Assembly (NCBI GenBank): GCA_021204905.1 | Contig: JAJPYN010000011.1 | Coordinates: 16,803-80,802 of the forward strand | Direction of reading: 5' to 3' | Length of the DNA: 64,000 nucleotides | Source: Prevotella sp. | GTDB lineage: Bacteria; Bacteroidota; Bacteroidia; Bacteroidales; Bacteroidaceae | In this document: one piece after another, positions 28,184 to 37,889 of the stretch | How positions within the stretch are numbered: position 1 is the stretch's first letter | How the letters are laid out: every line of letters starts with the position of its first letter | The notes under the pieces: generated by a model | What the model was told of the DNA's origin: nothing | Database searches by the model: none | What the model saw: only the letters and a program-made list of their open reading frames with translations | Program-made: the position numbers and the translations under genes

Positions 28184-28879
28184 ATGGAAAAGAAAAACGG
28201 GCAAAAAGGGCAAAGCGCGCAAGGACAAGCGCAGACGCAGACAGGAGCCGTTACTTCCCTGCTCGAGCGTCATCGCACAAGTGTCATCGTCGTCGTCGTG
28301 CTTGTGGTGGCGGTCATCGCCGGCTTGTTCCTCTACCGCTCTTACTACGCCGCGCCGCGTGAGGACCGGGCTTCGACGGCATTGGCCAAGGCGCAGGACC
28401 TCTTTGCGGCGGAAGACTCGACAGCCCTCGCTAGTTTCCTTGCCGTGGCAAGCGACTATCGCGGCACGAAAGCGGCCAACCTCGCCTCGCTCTACGCCGG
28501 GTTGTGCTACGCCAAAGACGAGAAATGGGCCGACGCCGTGAAATACCTTGAGAAATTCTCCGCGAAAGGCGACGCGATGATCTCGCCGGCAGCAACAGCA
28601 GCTCTGGCCAACGCCTACGCCAACACGGGCAACATCGATAAGGCCGTCGCCACACTGAAAAAGGCGGTGAAGATGGCGGACCGCCAAGCGCTCGACGGCG
28701 TGAACTATTCCCTCTCGCCGCTGTTCCTCGTCCAAGCCGCGCAGCTCCTCGAAAGTCAAGGCAAAAACGACGAGGCGCTCACTATCTACAAGGACATCCG
28801 CGCGAAATACATCAACTCGCAGCCCGTGCAGTCGAAGGAGATCGACAAGTATATCCAGCGGCTCGAGGAGAAGCGGTAA
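28184..28879 (+). CDS. membrane-anchored TPR-like protein (YfgM-like)
   Basis: One TM (VIVVVVLVVAVIAGLFLY) is followed by an Ala-rich helical-repeat region. Confidence 0.6.
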   Translation: MEKKNGQKGQSAQGQAQTQTGAVTSLLERHRTSVIVVVVLVVAVIAGLFLYRSYYAAPREDRASTALAKAQDLFAAEDSTALASFLAVASDYRGTKAANLASLYAGLCYAKDEKWADAVKYLEKFSAKGDAMISPAATAALANAYANTGNIDKAVATLKKAVKMADRQALDGVNYSLSPLFLVQAAQLLESQGKNDEALTIYKDIRAKYINSQPVQSKEIDKYIQRLEEKR

Positions 28880-28940
28880 ATTGCTTGAATAGCTTTTAAA
28901 CAAAGGTCTTAAGCCCGAGGTATAACAAGCGAAGAAAAAG

Positions 28941-28976
28941 GGTGCATCGTGATTTGATTTTCGGTGTGCCTTTTTT
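28941..28976 (+). terminator. putative rho-independent terminator
   Basis: The stem GGTGCATCG..CGGTGTGCC (three G-U pairs) is followed by T6. It lies inside the over-long malY-like ORF and supports the ATG at 29026. Confidence 0.45.
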
Positions 28977-29025
28977 CATTGGCAAACAGCTTTCCACAGG
29001 CAACAAACAGTTTTTTCATAGGCAA

Positions 29026-30195
29026 ATGACGGAATACGATTTCGGCGAGATAATCCCGCGCCGCGGCACATCGTCAATGAAATATGACTCCTTCGGCGAC
29101 AAGGACGACATCATCGAGATGTGGGTGGCCGATATGGATTTCCGCGTCGCGCCCCCGATCATCGAGGCCCTCAGGCGGCGTGTTCAGCACGGCATCTTCG
29201 GCTACAACACCATCCCCGACAGCTATTTCGAGGCTGTTCAGAGCTGGTTTCTCCGCCGGCATAATTTTGCGATAGAAAAGGAATGGATAATGCCAGCACC
29301 CGGGGTTGTCGCGGCCCTCTCGTGCGTGATAAAAGCCCTGACGCAGCCGGGCGACGCCGTACTCTTCCACACCCCCGCCTACAACTGCTTCTTCTCGTCG
29401 GTGAGGAACAATGGTTGTCGCGCCGAACTGTCCCCGCTCGTTCCAAAAGGCGATAGCTATGTCATTGATTTTGAGGACTTTGAACGCCGTTGCGCCCGCC
29501 CCGACGTGAAAATGTTCGTCCTCTGCAACCCCCACAACCCCACCGGCCGCGTGTGGACACGAAACGAACTGGCACGTATGGCCGACATCTGCTTTCGAAA
29601 CAATGTCATCATCGTCGCCGACGAGATCCATTGCGACATCATCATGCCCGGACAAAAGCATATCCCCTTCGCCACGGTCGACATAACATCGGAAAGCCAC
29701 ATCACCCTCGCCTCGCCCTCGAAAGGCTTCAACATCGCCGGCTTGCAAATAGCGAACATCATCTGCGACAACGCCCTCTGGCGACGGAAAATCGACCGCG
29801 CCATCAACGACAACGAGGTGTGCGACCTCAACCCCTTCGGCATCGTCGCCCTCCAAGCAGCATACAACGAGAGCGAGGCGTGGCTCGACGCAATGTGCAA
29901 ATATATCCACGCCAATTACCTCGCAATGAGAACTTTCTTCGAGGAAAAAATCCCCGCCGTAAAGGTATGCCGCCTCGAAGGCACCTACCTCGCGTGGGTC
30001 GATGTAAGCCGCTTGCCCATCACGGCGGAAAAGTTGTCCGAACTCATCCTAAATAAAGGCAGAGTGCGCATTAACGACGGCCGTATGTACGGCGACCCCG
30101 AACCCCAACAGCACATCCGCATCAACCTCGCCTGCCCCCGGCCAATCCTCCTCGAAGCCTTGCAAAGAATGTCGGTCGTGATGAAAAACCTGTAA
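29026..30195 (+). CDS. MalY/PatB-type PLP-dependent C-S lyase (cystathionine beta-lyase)
   Basis: The protein begins MTEYDFGEIIPRRGTSSMKYD. It carries LCNPHNPTGRVW and a SPSKGFNIAG Lys motif. Confidence 0.85.
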   Translation: MTEYDFGEIIPRRGTSSMKYDSFGDKDDIIEMWVADMDFRVAPPIIEALRRRVQHGIFGYNTIPDSYFEAVQSWFLRRHNFAIEKEWIMPAPGVVAALSCVIKALTQPGDAVLFHTPAYNCFFSSVRNNGCRAELSPLVPKGDSYVIDFEDFERRCARPDVKMFVLCNPHNPTGRVWTRNELARMADICFRNNVIIVADEIHCDIIMPGQKHIPFATVDITSESHITLASPSKGFNIAGLQIANIICDNALWRRKIDRAINDNEVCDLNPFGIVALQAAYNESEAWLDAMCKYIHANYLAMRTFFEEKIPAVKVCRLEGTYLAWVDVSRLPITAEKLSELILNKGRVRINDGRMYGDPEPQQHIRINLACPRPILLEALQRMSVVMKNL

Positions 30196-30229
30196 AGATT
30201 AATCACAATACATTTACTCGAAAAAACCA

Positions 30230-30334
30230 TTTAAACGTAGGCGACAACGAAGGCTGATGTGTCCAAGAGCTTAATTGAGTCGGGATTATAGTCGCGACTA
30301 AGATAAAACTTATCCGCCGCCAAACTCCGCCCGC
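30230..30334 (-). repeat. Family-A intergenic repeat, copy c2
   Basis: The sequence is tttaaacgtaggcgaca...gagtcgggattatagtcgcgactaagataaaac...ccaaactccgccc. It lies between the convergent malY-like and metY genes. Confidence 0.8.
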
Positions 30335-30368
30335 AGTCTGCGCCGCCGACAAATGCCCTTTGTATAAA

Positions 30369-31655
30369 TCAAATCTTTGCAAAGGCTTGAGCAAGGTCGG
30401 CAAGGAGGTCGTCGGCATGCTCCGTACCTACCGACAGGCGAACCGTACCGGCCGTAATCCCCTGTTCGGCTAATTCCTCGTTCGACAGCTGCGAATGGGT
30501 TGTCGTGGCGGGATGGATGACGAGCGACTTCGTGTCCGCCACATTCGCCAAGAGCGAGAAAATCCCAAGGCTGTCGATGAAACGGTACGCCTCCTTCTGC
30601 CCGCCCGCTATATCAAACGTGAAGATTGAACCCGCACCGCCGGGGAAATATCTCTCGTAAACCGCGTGGTCCTTTCGCGAAGCAATAGCAGGGTGATTCA
30701 CGCGCACCACCTTCCTGTTGCCGCGCAGATAATCCACAATCGCCAAAGCATTCTTCACGTGCCGCTCCACACGCAACGACAGCGTCTCGCTACCCTGCAA
30801 CAAGAGGAACGCATTGAAAGGACTGATCGCCGCACCGGTATCTCTAAGCAACACGGCACGGATGCGCGTAACGTACGCCGCCCTGCCCGCAGCCTCGGTG
30901 AAACGCACGCCATGGTAGCTCGCGTCGGGCTCGGATAGTTGCGGGAAACGTCCCGAAGCCTGCCAGTCGAAATTGCCCGAATCGATGATTACGCCGCCGA
31001 GCGACGACCCTTGCCCGCCGATGAATTTCGTGGCGGAATGCACAACGATGTCGGCACCATGCTCAATAGGACGGATGAGGTAAGGCGTGCCGAACGTGTT
31101 GTCTATAATCAGCGGAATAGCGTGCGCGTGGGCAATATCCGCAACCGCCTCAATATCAACAACATTCGAGTTCGGGTTGCCTAAGGTCTCGATGAAAACG
31201 GCCTTCGTGTTGTCGCGAATGGCAGCGCGGAAGTTCTCCGCATCGTCCGCATCGACGAAAGTAACGCTAATGCCGTAGGTGCCGAGCGTGTGCTGCAAGA
31301 GGTTGTACGAACCGCCATAGATGGTCTTCTCCGCAACAACATGGTCGCCCGCGCGCAGGATATTGAGCAAAGCGTAGGTTATTGCGGCCGCACCGGAAGC
31401 TACGGCAAGTGCCGCCACGCCGCCCTCGAGTGCTGCCATACGCTCCTCGAACACGGCCTGCGTGGGGTTGGTCAGACGCCCGTAGATATTGCCCGCGTCG
31501 CTCAGGCCGAACCGCGCCGCAGCATGCTCGGAATTGTTGAAAACATACGCCGCCGTTTGGTAGATAGGTACGGCGCGCGCACCTGTGGCACTGTCGGGTT
31601 TCTCTTGTCCGGCGTGTACTTGCAACGTTTCGAAATGCAGTTTGTTCTTGTTCAT
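30369..31655 (-). CDS. metY: O-acetylhomoserine aminocarboxypropyltransferase/sulfhydrylase
   Basis: LHFETLQVHAGQ and the SATKFIGGQG Lys motif are present. The start is trimmed to MNKNKL. Confidence 0.9.
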   Translation of the reverse strand: MNKNKLHFETLQVHAGQEKPDSATGARAVPIYQTAAYVFNNSEHAAARFGLSDAGNIYGRLTNPTQAVFEERMAALEGGVAALAVASGAAAITYALLNILRAGDHVVAEKTIYGGSYNLLQHTLGTYGISVTFVDADDAENFRAAIRDNTKAVFIETLGNPNSNVVDIEAVADIAHAHAIPLIIDNTFGTPYLIRPIEHGADIVVHSATKFIGGQGSSLGGVIIDSGNFDWQASGRFPQLSEPDASYHGVRFTEAAGRAAYVTRIRAVLLRDTGAAISPFNAFLLLQGSETLSLRVERHVKNALAIVDYLRGNRKVVRVNHPAIASRKDHAVYERYFPGGAGSIFTFDIAGGQKEAYRFIDSLGIFSLLANVADTKSLVIHPATTTHSQLSNEELAEQGITAGTVRLSVGTEHADDLLADLAQAFAKI

Positions 31656-31702
31656 AAAATTGTCCTCCGTTTTTTTAATTGTCAATAGAATAATTTTCTG
31701 CA

Positions 31703-31710
31703 CAAAGGTA
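31703..31710 (-). promoter_or_regulatory. -7 box (TACCTTTG) for metY
   Basis: The reverse complement of caaaggta is TACCTTTG, 48 nt upstream of the ATG at 31655. Confidence 0.5.
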
Positions 31711-31761
31711 GAATCGCAATGCACTTTTTCCAAATTTCTTGAAAAAATAAGAAAATATCAC

Positions 31762-31769
31762 TATATTTG
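31762..31769 (+). promoter_or_regulatory. -7 box (TATATTTG) for the divergent lrp-like gene
   Basis: The motif lies 69 nt upstream of the ATG at 31838. Confidence 0.45.
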
Positions 31770-31837
31770 CGGCAATATTTAGAACGTTTATTCTAAGAGC
31801 CGGCTTAAAAAACAATCAAAACAGAATAATATTCTTT

Positions 31838-32455
31838 ATGGGCAAAACGGAAAAACAAGGTGCAAGCGGGAAACAGGGCTTGTGGCAGCGGATAAAAGCG
31901 GGGTTGCTGCGGTCTTCGGGCGTTAAAAAGGCATCGGCGGCAGCTAATGAGACCGGTTCATCTTCCCGAACGCAGCCGGTGATGACCGATTCAGCTGGCA
32001 AATTAGACGCGGCAGACAGGCGCATTTTGCGGACGTTGCAGGAGGATGCGCGGCTGTCCACAAAGGAGCTGGCGGCGCGCGTGGGGTTGTCGTCAACGCC
32101 TGTGTTTGAACGACTTAAGCGTCTCGAGAAGGCGGGTTACATCAAGAAATATATCACCGTGCTTGACGCCGAGAAACTCGGGCAGGGCTTCTCTGTTTTC
32201 TGCAACGTGAAGATGTCGCACATCAACTCGAAGGTGGCGGCGGATTTCACGGAGGTGGTAAGGGGCATCGACGAGGTTGCGGAGTGTTACAACATCTCGG
32301 GCGGCAACGATTATCTGCTCAAGATCCACGCGCCGGACATGACTTACTACAAGGAGTTTATCCTCAACGTGCTCGGCGAGATCAGTTATATCTCGTCGGT
32401 GGAGAGCCTGTTCGTGATGGACGAGGTGAAGCACGAGTACGGCCTCCCGCTGTGA
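31838..32455 (+). CDS. Lrp/AsnC family regulator with a possible 48-aa basic/Ser-rich N-terminal extension
   Basis: The core LDAADRRILRTLQEDARLSTKELAARVGLSSTPVFERL is followed by an AsnC domain. An alternative start is ATG 31982 (MTDSAGK). Confidence 0.8.
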   Translation: MGKTEKQGASGKQGLWQRIKAGLLRSSGVKKASAAANETGSSSRTQPVMTDSAGKLDAADRRILRTLQEDARLSTKELAARVGLSSTPVFERLKRLEKAGYIKKYITVLDAEKLGQGFSVFCNVKMSHINSKVAADFTEVVRGIDEVAECYNISGGNDYLLKIHAPDMTYYKEFILNVLGEISYISSVESLFVMDEVKHEYGLPL

Positions 32456-32514
32456 TTTTTCCATGCCGGAACGCTTTTCGAACGAGCCTCCACAATAAAT
32501 ATAAATTATTAAGG

Positions 32515-32694
32515 GCTCGCGAGCGGAGTTTGGAGACAAGAAAACTTTATCTTAGTCGCTACTATAATCCCGGCTGAGTTTTGCGCCACGAACACCCGTT
32601 ACAAGTGTCGCCTACGTTTGACTTCGCCGAACTCCGGCTGCACTCGGCAAAAGAAATAAATTCCATTGCTCTCGTTGGCACGTCGTTTCAATGC
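32515..32694 (+). repeat. Family-A repeat copy c3 plus an adjoining second module
   Basis: The core gagcggagtttgg...cttagtcgctactataatcccggctgag...gtcgcctacgtttgac spans 32521-32622. It is followed by ..ggctgcactcggcaaa..ttgctctcgttggcacgtcgtttcaa, whose reverse complement recurs at 60.10-60.16 kb. Confidence 0.8.
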
Positions 32695-32756
32695 TCCGCC
32701 ATTTTTTTGACAAGACATTCGTTCGCGTTTTTCATTGGAATATTCGCCCTTTTCTT

Positions 32757-32764
32757 TATTTTTG
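32757..32764 (+). promoter_or_regulatory. -7 box (TATTTTTG) for the GH2 gene
   Basis: The motif lies 25 nt upstream of the ATG at 32789. Confidence 0.45.
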
Positions 32765-32788
32765 CACAAACTAAAAAAATCTTTTACG

Positions 32789-35338
32789 ATGATGAAGAGG
32801 AGCATATTTCTTTTATTCTTGTTGGTGATTGCCGCCGGCGTGTTTGCCCAGCGACAGACGGAATGTTTGGACGAGGGTTGGCGTTTCGCTTTCGGAGATG
32901 CTTCCTCTGCTGAGAAGGACTTCGGTTGCGGCACGGAGTATTTCAACTACCTGACGAAGGCTGCATCGCTGCATAACGAGGGTCCTTATGCGGTTAGTTT
33001 CAACGACAGCACGTGGGCGGAGGTGCGCATCCCTCACGACTGGGCTTCCGCCTTGCCTTACGCTGAGGAGGCGAGCCATTCGCACGGGTATAAGACCGTA
33101 GGGTATAAGTATCCCGAGACGTCGGTGGGGTGGTACCGCAAGCGCCTTTCCATTCCCGAGAGCGCGCTCGGGCAACACCTTGAGCTGCGTTTTAACGGCA
33201 TCTTCCGGAGTGCGCAGGTATGGTTTAACGGCATTTTCATGGGTCAAGAGCCGAGCGGATACGCTACTCAGGTTTACGACATCACCGATTATATCAACTA
33301 CGGCGGGGACAATCTTATTTGCGTCAGGGCGGACGCGACGCTCGAGGAGGGCTGGTTCTACGAGGGTGCGGGCATCTACCGCGACGTGTGGCTTGTGAGC
33401 AGCTCGCCCGTGCATGTCCCTTATTCCGGCACGTTTGTCTATTCAGAGCTAAATGACGATTTTTCCACAGCCTTGCTCACCATTGAGACCGATATCGAAA
33501 ACAGCTCGCTTGCAGGCGTCTCTTGCGACGTGCGCACCATGCTCCTTGACGCCGACGGCAATATCGTGGCGAAGGCTAACGACAGCGGGGCGTTCATCGA
33601 AGCGAAAGACAAGGCGCATCTTGCGAATATTAAGATTAGCCTCGACAATCCTCACCTGTGGGACACCGCCGACCCCTATCTCTACACTGTCCGCACGGAG
33701 GTGCTTGTTGGCGGTGAGGTTGCCGACACTTACCTCACGCGCACGGGCATTCGCAAGGTAGAGTTCACTGCGGACAAAGGGTTCTTCCTCAACGGCAGAA
33801 ATATCAAGCTCAAAGGCGTGAATATGCACCAAGATCACGCTGGGGTCGGGTCGGCTCTGCCCGAGGCGCTGATGCGTTGGCGCATAAAGCAAATAAAGGC
33901 GTTCGGGGCCAATGCCTACCGCGCGTCGCACAACCCGATGACGCCCGCGCAGCTCGACATTTGCGACGAGGAGGGCATACTGGTTATCGACGAGAACAGG
34001 CTGATGGGGACGAACGATTACCACCGCCGTCTGTTGGAGAACTTCATCCGTCGCGACCGCAATCACCCGTCAGTCATCCTCTGGAGCACGGGCAACGAGG
34101 AGTGGGGCTTGGAGAGCAGTCCGACCGGGGAGCGCATAGCAGCGTCGATGAGGGAGATAACGCGGCGGCTCGACCCTACCAGACATTCCACCGTGGCAAA
34201 TGCTGGCGGCACGGAACTGATTAAGGGCGCGGATGTTGTGGGGTATAACTACATCATCCAGAACGATGTTATCAACAGGCGTAATGAGCACCCCGACCGG
34301 AAGATTGTCGGTACGGAGGAGACTACGGGCTGCGGTACGAGAGGCGTTTATTTTAATATTAAGGACGAGCCCGGGCAGATGGCTTCGCTCAACCGCATAC
34401 CTGCGGACAGCCTCTACCAACCGGACTGCGACCCGTCGGCGGCGCGAAACACACCCGGACCCTATACGCAGGGCATCGAGCGCGGCTGGCAGTTCTATCG
34501 CGACACGCCGTGGGCTGCGGGCTGCTTCTTCTGGACGGGCTTCGATTATCGCGGCGAGCCGAACCCGCTGAAATACCCGGCGCACGACTCGCAGTTCGGC
34601 CTCCTCGACTATTGCGGGTTCCCCAAGGACGAGGCGTTCTACCTTAAAGCGGCGTGGACGGACGAGCCGACACTGCATATCCTGCCGCACTGGAACCTCT
34701 TCGGCCACGAGGGCGACACCATCGATGTTTGGGTTTACTCCAACTGCGAGGAGGTGGCGCTAAGTGTCAATGGTAAGAACCTCGGGCGGCAAGCGATGCC
34801 GAAGGACGGGCACCTCACTTGGAAAGCCGTTTATCAACCGGGAAAAGTAACGGCCACGGGCTATGTCGGCGGGAAGAAAGTATTAGTTGAGACTGTTGAA
34901 ACCACAGACCGTGCGACGCAGATTAATGCTCATGCCGACCGCACAACCCTCCTTGCCGACGGGCGCGACGTGGCAATCGTCAATATCGACCTTGTGGATA
35001 AGAAAGGCAGGTTCGTGCCCGACGCTTGCCCGAACCTTGTGTTTAGTTTGGAGGGCGAGGGCAGGATAATCGGCGCGGGCAATGGCGACCCGGCGTGCAG
35101 CGTCATCGATCACCCCGAAGACATCAAGGCTCGTGCAAACGAGAGTACAAACTTGTTCGATACCGAGTGCAGCCGAGGCTCGGCGGTAGCCAACTGTAAG
35201 ACGTTCGCCTTCCCCGCCTTCAACGGCCACGCACAGGTGTTAGTACAGACTACGAAAGCGGCGGGAGACATCCGGCTTGTTTGCTCCGGTGAGGGTTTGC
35301 GCGAGTGTGCGGTGGACTTGGTTTCGACTGAGGAATAA
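32789..35338 (+). CDS. glycoside hydrolase family 2 (beta-galactosidase-like)
   Basis: A signal peptide is present. The GH2 motifs are NAYRASHNP and WSTGNEE (acid/base). Confidence 0.85.
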   Translation: MMKRSIFLLFLLVIAAGVFAQRQTECLDEGWRFAFGDASSAEKDFGCGTEYFNYLTKAASLHNEGPYAVSFNDSTWAEVRIPHDWASALPYAEEASHSHGYKTVGYKYPETSVGWYRKRLSIPESALGQHLELRFNGIFRSAQVWFNGIFMGQEPSGYATQVYDITDYINYGGDNLICVRADATLEEGWFYEGAGIYRDVWLVSSSPVHVPYSGTFVYSELNDDFSTALLTIETDIENSSLAGVSCDVRTMLLDADGNIVAKANDSGAFIEAKDKAHLANIKISLDNPHLWDTADPYLYTVRTEVLVGGEVADTYLTRTGIRKVEFTADKGFFLNGRNIKLKGVNMHQDHAGVGSALPEALMRWRIKQIKAFGANAYRASHNPMTPAQLDICDEEGILVIDENRLMGTNDYHRRLLENFIRRDRNHPSVILWSTGNEEWGLESSPTGERIAASMREITRRLDPTRHSTVANAGGTELIKGADVVGYNYIIQNDVINRRNEHPDRKIVGTEETTGCGTRGVYFNIKDEPGQMASLNRIPADSLYQPDCDPSAARNTPGPYTQGIERGWQFYRDTPWAAGCFFWTGFDYRGEPNPLKYPAHDSQFGLLDYCGFPKDEAFYLKAAWTDEPTLHILPHWNLFGHEGDTIDVWVYSNCEEVALSVNGKNLGRQAMPKDGHLTWKAVYQPGKVTATGYVGGKKVLVETVETTDRATQINAHADRTTLLADGRDVAIVNIDLVDKKGRFVPDACPNLVFSLEGEGRIIGAGNGDPACSVIDHPEDIKARANESTNLFDTECSRGSAVANCKTFAFPAFNGHAQVLVQTTKAAGDIRLVCSGEGLRECAVDLVSTEE

Positions 35339-35341
35339 CTA

Positions 35342-36145
35342 ATGGACATTGAGCGGATAGAAAGCACGCAGAACGCGCGGATAAAGCACTTGCTGGCGTT
35401 GCAGGGGAAGTCGGCGTTGCGGCGCGAAGAAGGGCTCTTCGTGGTGGAGGGTCGGCGCGAACTGATGCACTGTCTTAATGCCGGGTTCGACATCGCCGGA
35501 GTGTTCTATTGTCCTGAAATACAGCCTTTTACGGAGGAAAAGGTAGTTTTTAATAAAGGCACGCAGTTGTTTTCCTTGTCGCGAAAGGTGTACGAGAAGG
35601 CGGCTTATCGCGGAAGCACGGAGGGCGTTATCGCCATTGTCAGGGAGCGCAGACTGACTTTTGACGACTTGCAACTGCCTGATAACCAATTAATTATAGT
35701 AGTGGAAGGCGTGGAGAAGCCCGGCAATCTCGGTGCGATATTGCGCACGGCGGACGGTGCGGGCGCGGATGCGGTGGTGTTCTGCGACGCGGGGGCCGAC
35801 CCTTACAACCCGAACCTGATCCGCAGTTCGATGGGGGCGGTGTTCTCGGTGCCGGTGGTTTGCAGTACGTCCGGGGAGTGCATCGCCTTCTTGAAAGGGC
35901 GCGGGATAAGGATTCTCACGGCGCAGTTGCAGGACTCCGAGCCGTATTACTCCGCCGATATGACCCGTCCCACGGCGATTGTGGTGGGCAACGAGGCGGC
36001 GGGGCTAACGGACGTCTGGCGGGAGAATGCCGACGGGCACGTGCTGATCCCCATGCTCGGGCGGTGCGACTCCCTCAACGTGTCCGCCAGCGCCGCCATC
36101 CTCGTGTATGAGGCGGTGAGGCAGAGGAGGGGGCAGTCAGAATAG
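35342..36145 (+). CDS. TrmH/SpoU family RNA 2'-O-methyltransferase
   Basis: Motifs EKPGNLGAILRTADGAG and LNVSASAAILVYE are present. Confidence 0.85.
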   Translation: MDIERIESTQNARIKHLLALQGKSALRREEGLFVVEGRRELMHCLNAGFDIAGVFYCPEIQPFTEEKVVFNKGTQLFSLSRKVYEKAAYRGSTEGVIAIVRERRLTFDDLQLPDNQLIIVVEGVEKPGNLGAILRTADGAGADAVVFCDAGADPYNPNLIRSSMGAVFSVPVVCSTSGECIAFLKGRGIRILTAQLQDSEPYYSADMTRPTAIVVGNEAAGLTDVWRENADGHVLIPMLGRCDSLNVSASAAILVYEAVRQRRGQSE

Positions 36146-36159
36146 TTTGAGCGATAAAC

Positions 36160-36267
36160 CTCTCGAGCGGAGTTTGGCGCAAGAAAAAGTTTATCTTAGT
36201 CGCTACTATAATCCCGGCTAAGTTTTGCGCTACGAACACCAGCCTTAGTTGTTTGGTACGTTTCAAC
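36160..36267 (+). repeat. Family-A intergenic repeat, copy c4
   Basis: The sequence is gagcggagtttggcgcaagaaaaagtttatcttagtcgctactataatcccggctaag...ggtacgtttcaac. Confidence 0.85.
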
Positions 36268-36316
36268 TTTTTCAAATTAATTTGACATTTTGCTTAATTT
36301 TGCGGGACGATTTAGG

Positions 36317-36324
36317 TACCTTTG
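36317..36324 (+). promoter_or_regulatory. -7 box (TACCTTTG) for the GH5 gene
   Basis: The motif lies 36 nt upstream of the ATG at 36360. Confidence 0.5.
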
Positions 36325-36359
36325 TACACGTTCAGAACAATCAGAAGAACGATTAGGAT

Positions 36360-37823
36360 ATGAAGAAGAATTTACTTATCGGGACGGCGTGGCTTGCCGC
36401 GTTTGTCTTGACGACGGGCAAGGTTGGCGCGCAGGACTTTGAGAGTGCGTCGGAGGCGGTGGCTAATATGCGTGTGGGCTGGAACGTTGGGAACAGTCTT
36501 GAAAGCAATTCTGGCGACCTTGACAATATGTGGATTGAGACGTGGACCGACCGGTCGCCTAACGCTTACGAGACGGCTTGGGGTCAGCCTGCCACGACGA
36601 AGGCATTGATTAAGATGTTTCGCGACGCGGGGTTCGGCGCCATTCGCGTGCCGGTTACTTGGTATCCGCATATCGACGATAACGGCGCTGTTGACGAGAA
36701 ATGGATGGCGCGCGTGAAAGAGGTGGTGGACTATGTGATTGATTTGGGGCTGTATTGCATTCTGAATGTTCATCACGACACGGGCTCGGCCAATACGGCT
36801 TGGCTCAGGGCGAGCGGCACCACCTACACCGGTACGAAGACGAAGTTTGAAGCCCTGTGGACGAATATCGCCAACGAGTTTAAGGACTACGGCGAGAAAC
36901 TGCTGTTCGAGGGCTACAACGAGATGCTCGACGATTACAGCTCGTGGTGCTTCGCCTCTTTCGGCACGTCGTCGGGCTATGATGCTTCGGTTGCTTCCGA
37001 CGCTTATTCGGCGATAAACAACTATGCGCAGAGCTTCGTCAATGCCGTGCGCGCTACGGGCGGGAACAATGCCGTGCGCAATCTTGTGGTGAACACCTAC
37101 GGCGGATGTGATGGCGACGGCACGTGGAGCAGTCATCTTTCCGACCCGCTCACGAATTTGAATTACCCCGAGGACAATGTCAGCGGCCATATCGCTTTCG
37201 AGGTGCATTACTACCCCACAATCTCGGACTTGTCGACATCCATCAGCGGCGCGCAGCAGTGCTTCGGGTCCATCAAGACGAACCTGATGTCGAAGGGTGC
37301 GCCGGTGATCATCGGCGAATGCGGCACGCTCGACGATACGGCATATAACACCAACCGGGATGTCATGCTCGAGTTCACCAAAGAATATATCGCGCTGGCG
37401 AAGGAGTACGGTATGGCTGCGTTCTATTGGATGACGCTCTCCGACGCCAGCGACCGCAGCGTTCCGCAGTGGACAACGGAGGATCTGAAGGACGCCATCA
37501 TCACCGGCTATTATGGCGACGAGGGCTTCACCTATGAGGGCGATGATGACGATGATGATATTGATTCCGACGGCAATGTTGAAGACAACAACGGCAATGT
37601 TGACGAAAACAACGGCGATGACAATTCCGACGGCAATGTTGAAGACAACAACGGCAATGTTGAAGATAACAATGGCAATGTTGACGACGACACCAACGGC
37701 ATCAAGAACGTCTCTTCCGACGATAGCAACGAGCCTGTCTACAATATGCAAGGCGTGCGCGTGGATGATATGTCGAAGAAAGGCCTCTATATCAAGGGCG
37801 GCAAGAAATATATTGTAAGGTAG
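36360..37823 (+). CDS. GH5 endoglucanase/cellulase with an Asp/Asn-rich repeat linker and a T9SS C-terminal sorting domain
   Basis: A signal peptide is present, with WNVGNSLE and the LFEGYNEM catalytic Glu. The linker is built of GNVEDNN repeats. The C-terminus is ..VYNMQGVRVDDMSKKGLYIKGGKKYIVR. Confidence 0.85.
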   Translation: MKKNLLIGTAWLAAFVLTTGKVGAQDFESASEAVANMRVGWNVGNSLESNSGDLDNMWIETWTDRSPNAYETAWGQPATTKALIKMFRDAGFGAIRVPVTWYPHIDDNGAVDEKWMARVKEVVDYVIDLGLYCILNVHHDTGSANTAWLRASGTTYTGTKTKFEALWTNIANEFKDYGEKLLFEGYNEMLDDYSSWCFASFGTSSGYDASVASDAYSAINNYAQSFVNAVRATGGNNAVRNLVVNTYGGCDGDGTWSSHLSDPLTNLNYPEDNVSGHIAFEVHYYPTISDLSTSISGAQQCFGSIKTNLMSKGAPVIIGECGTLDDTAYNTNRDVMLEFTKEYIALAKEYGMAAFYWMTLSDASDRSVPQWTTEDLKDAIITGYYGDEGFTYEGDDDDDDIDSDGNVEDNNGNVDENNGDDNSDGNVEDNNGNVEDNNGNVDDDTNGIKNVSSDDSNEPVYNMQGVRVDDMSKKGLYIKGGKKYIVR

Positions 37824-37847
37824 GTTTAAGGTTATTAGGTCTTAAGG

Positions 37848-37887
37848 TTATGAGGTTGTGAGGTGAAATTACCTCATAGCCTCATAA
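37848..37887 (+). terminator. 17-bp stem-loop downstream of the GH5 gene
   Basis: TTATGAGGTTGTGAGGT-gaaatt-ACCTCATAGCCTCATAA pairs with two G-U pairs. The T tract that follows is weak. Confidence 0.45.
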
Positions 37888-37889
37888 TT

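Noticed and set aside
31656-31702. A SAM riboswitch upstream of metY
   Set aside because: The leader between the -7 box and the ATG is only ~45 nt and lacks SAM-riboswitch conserved helices.
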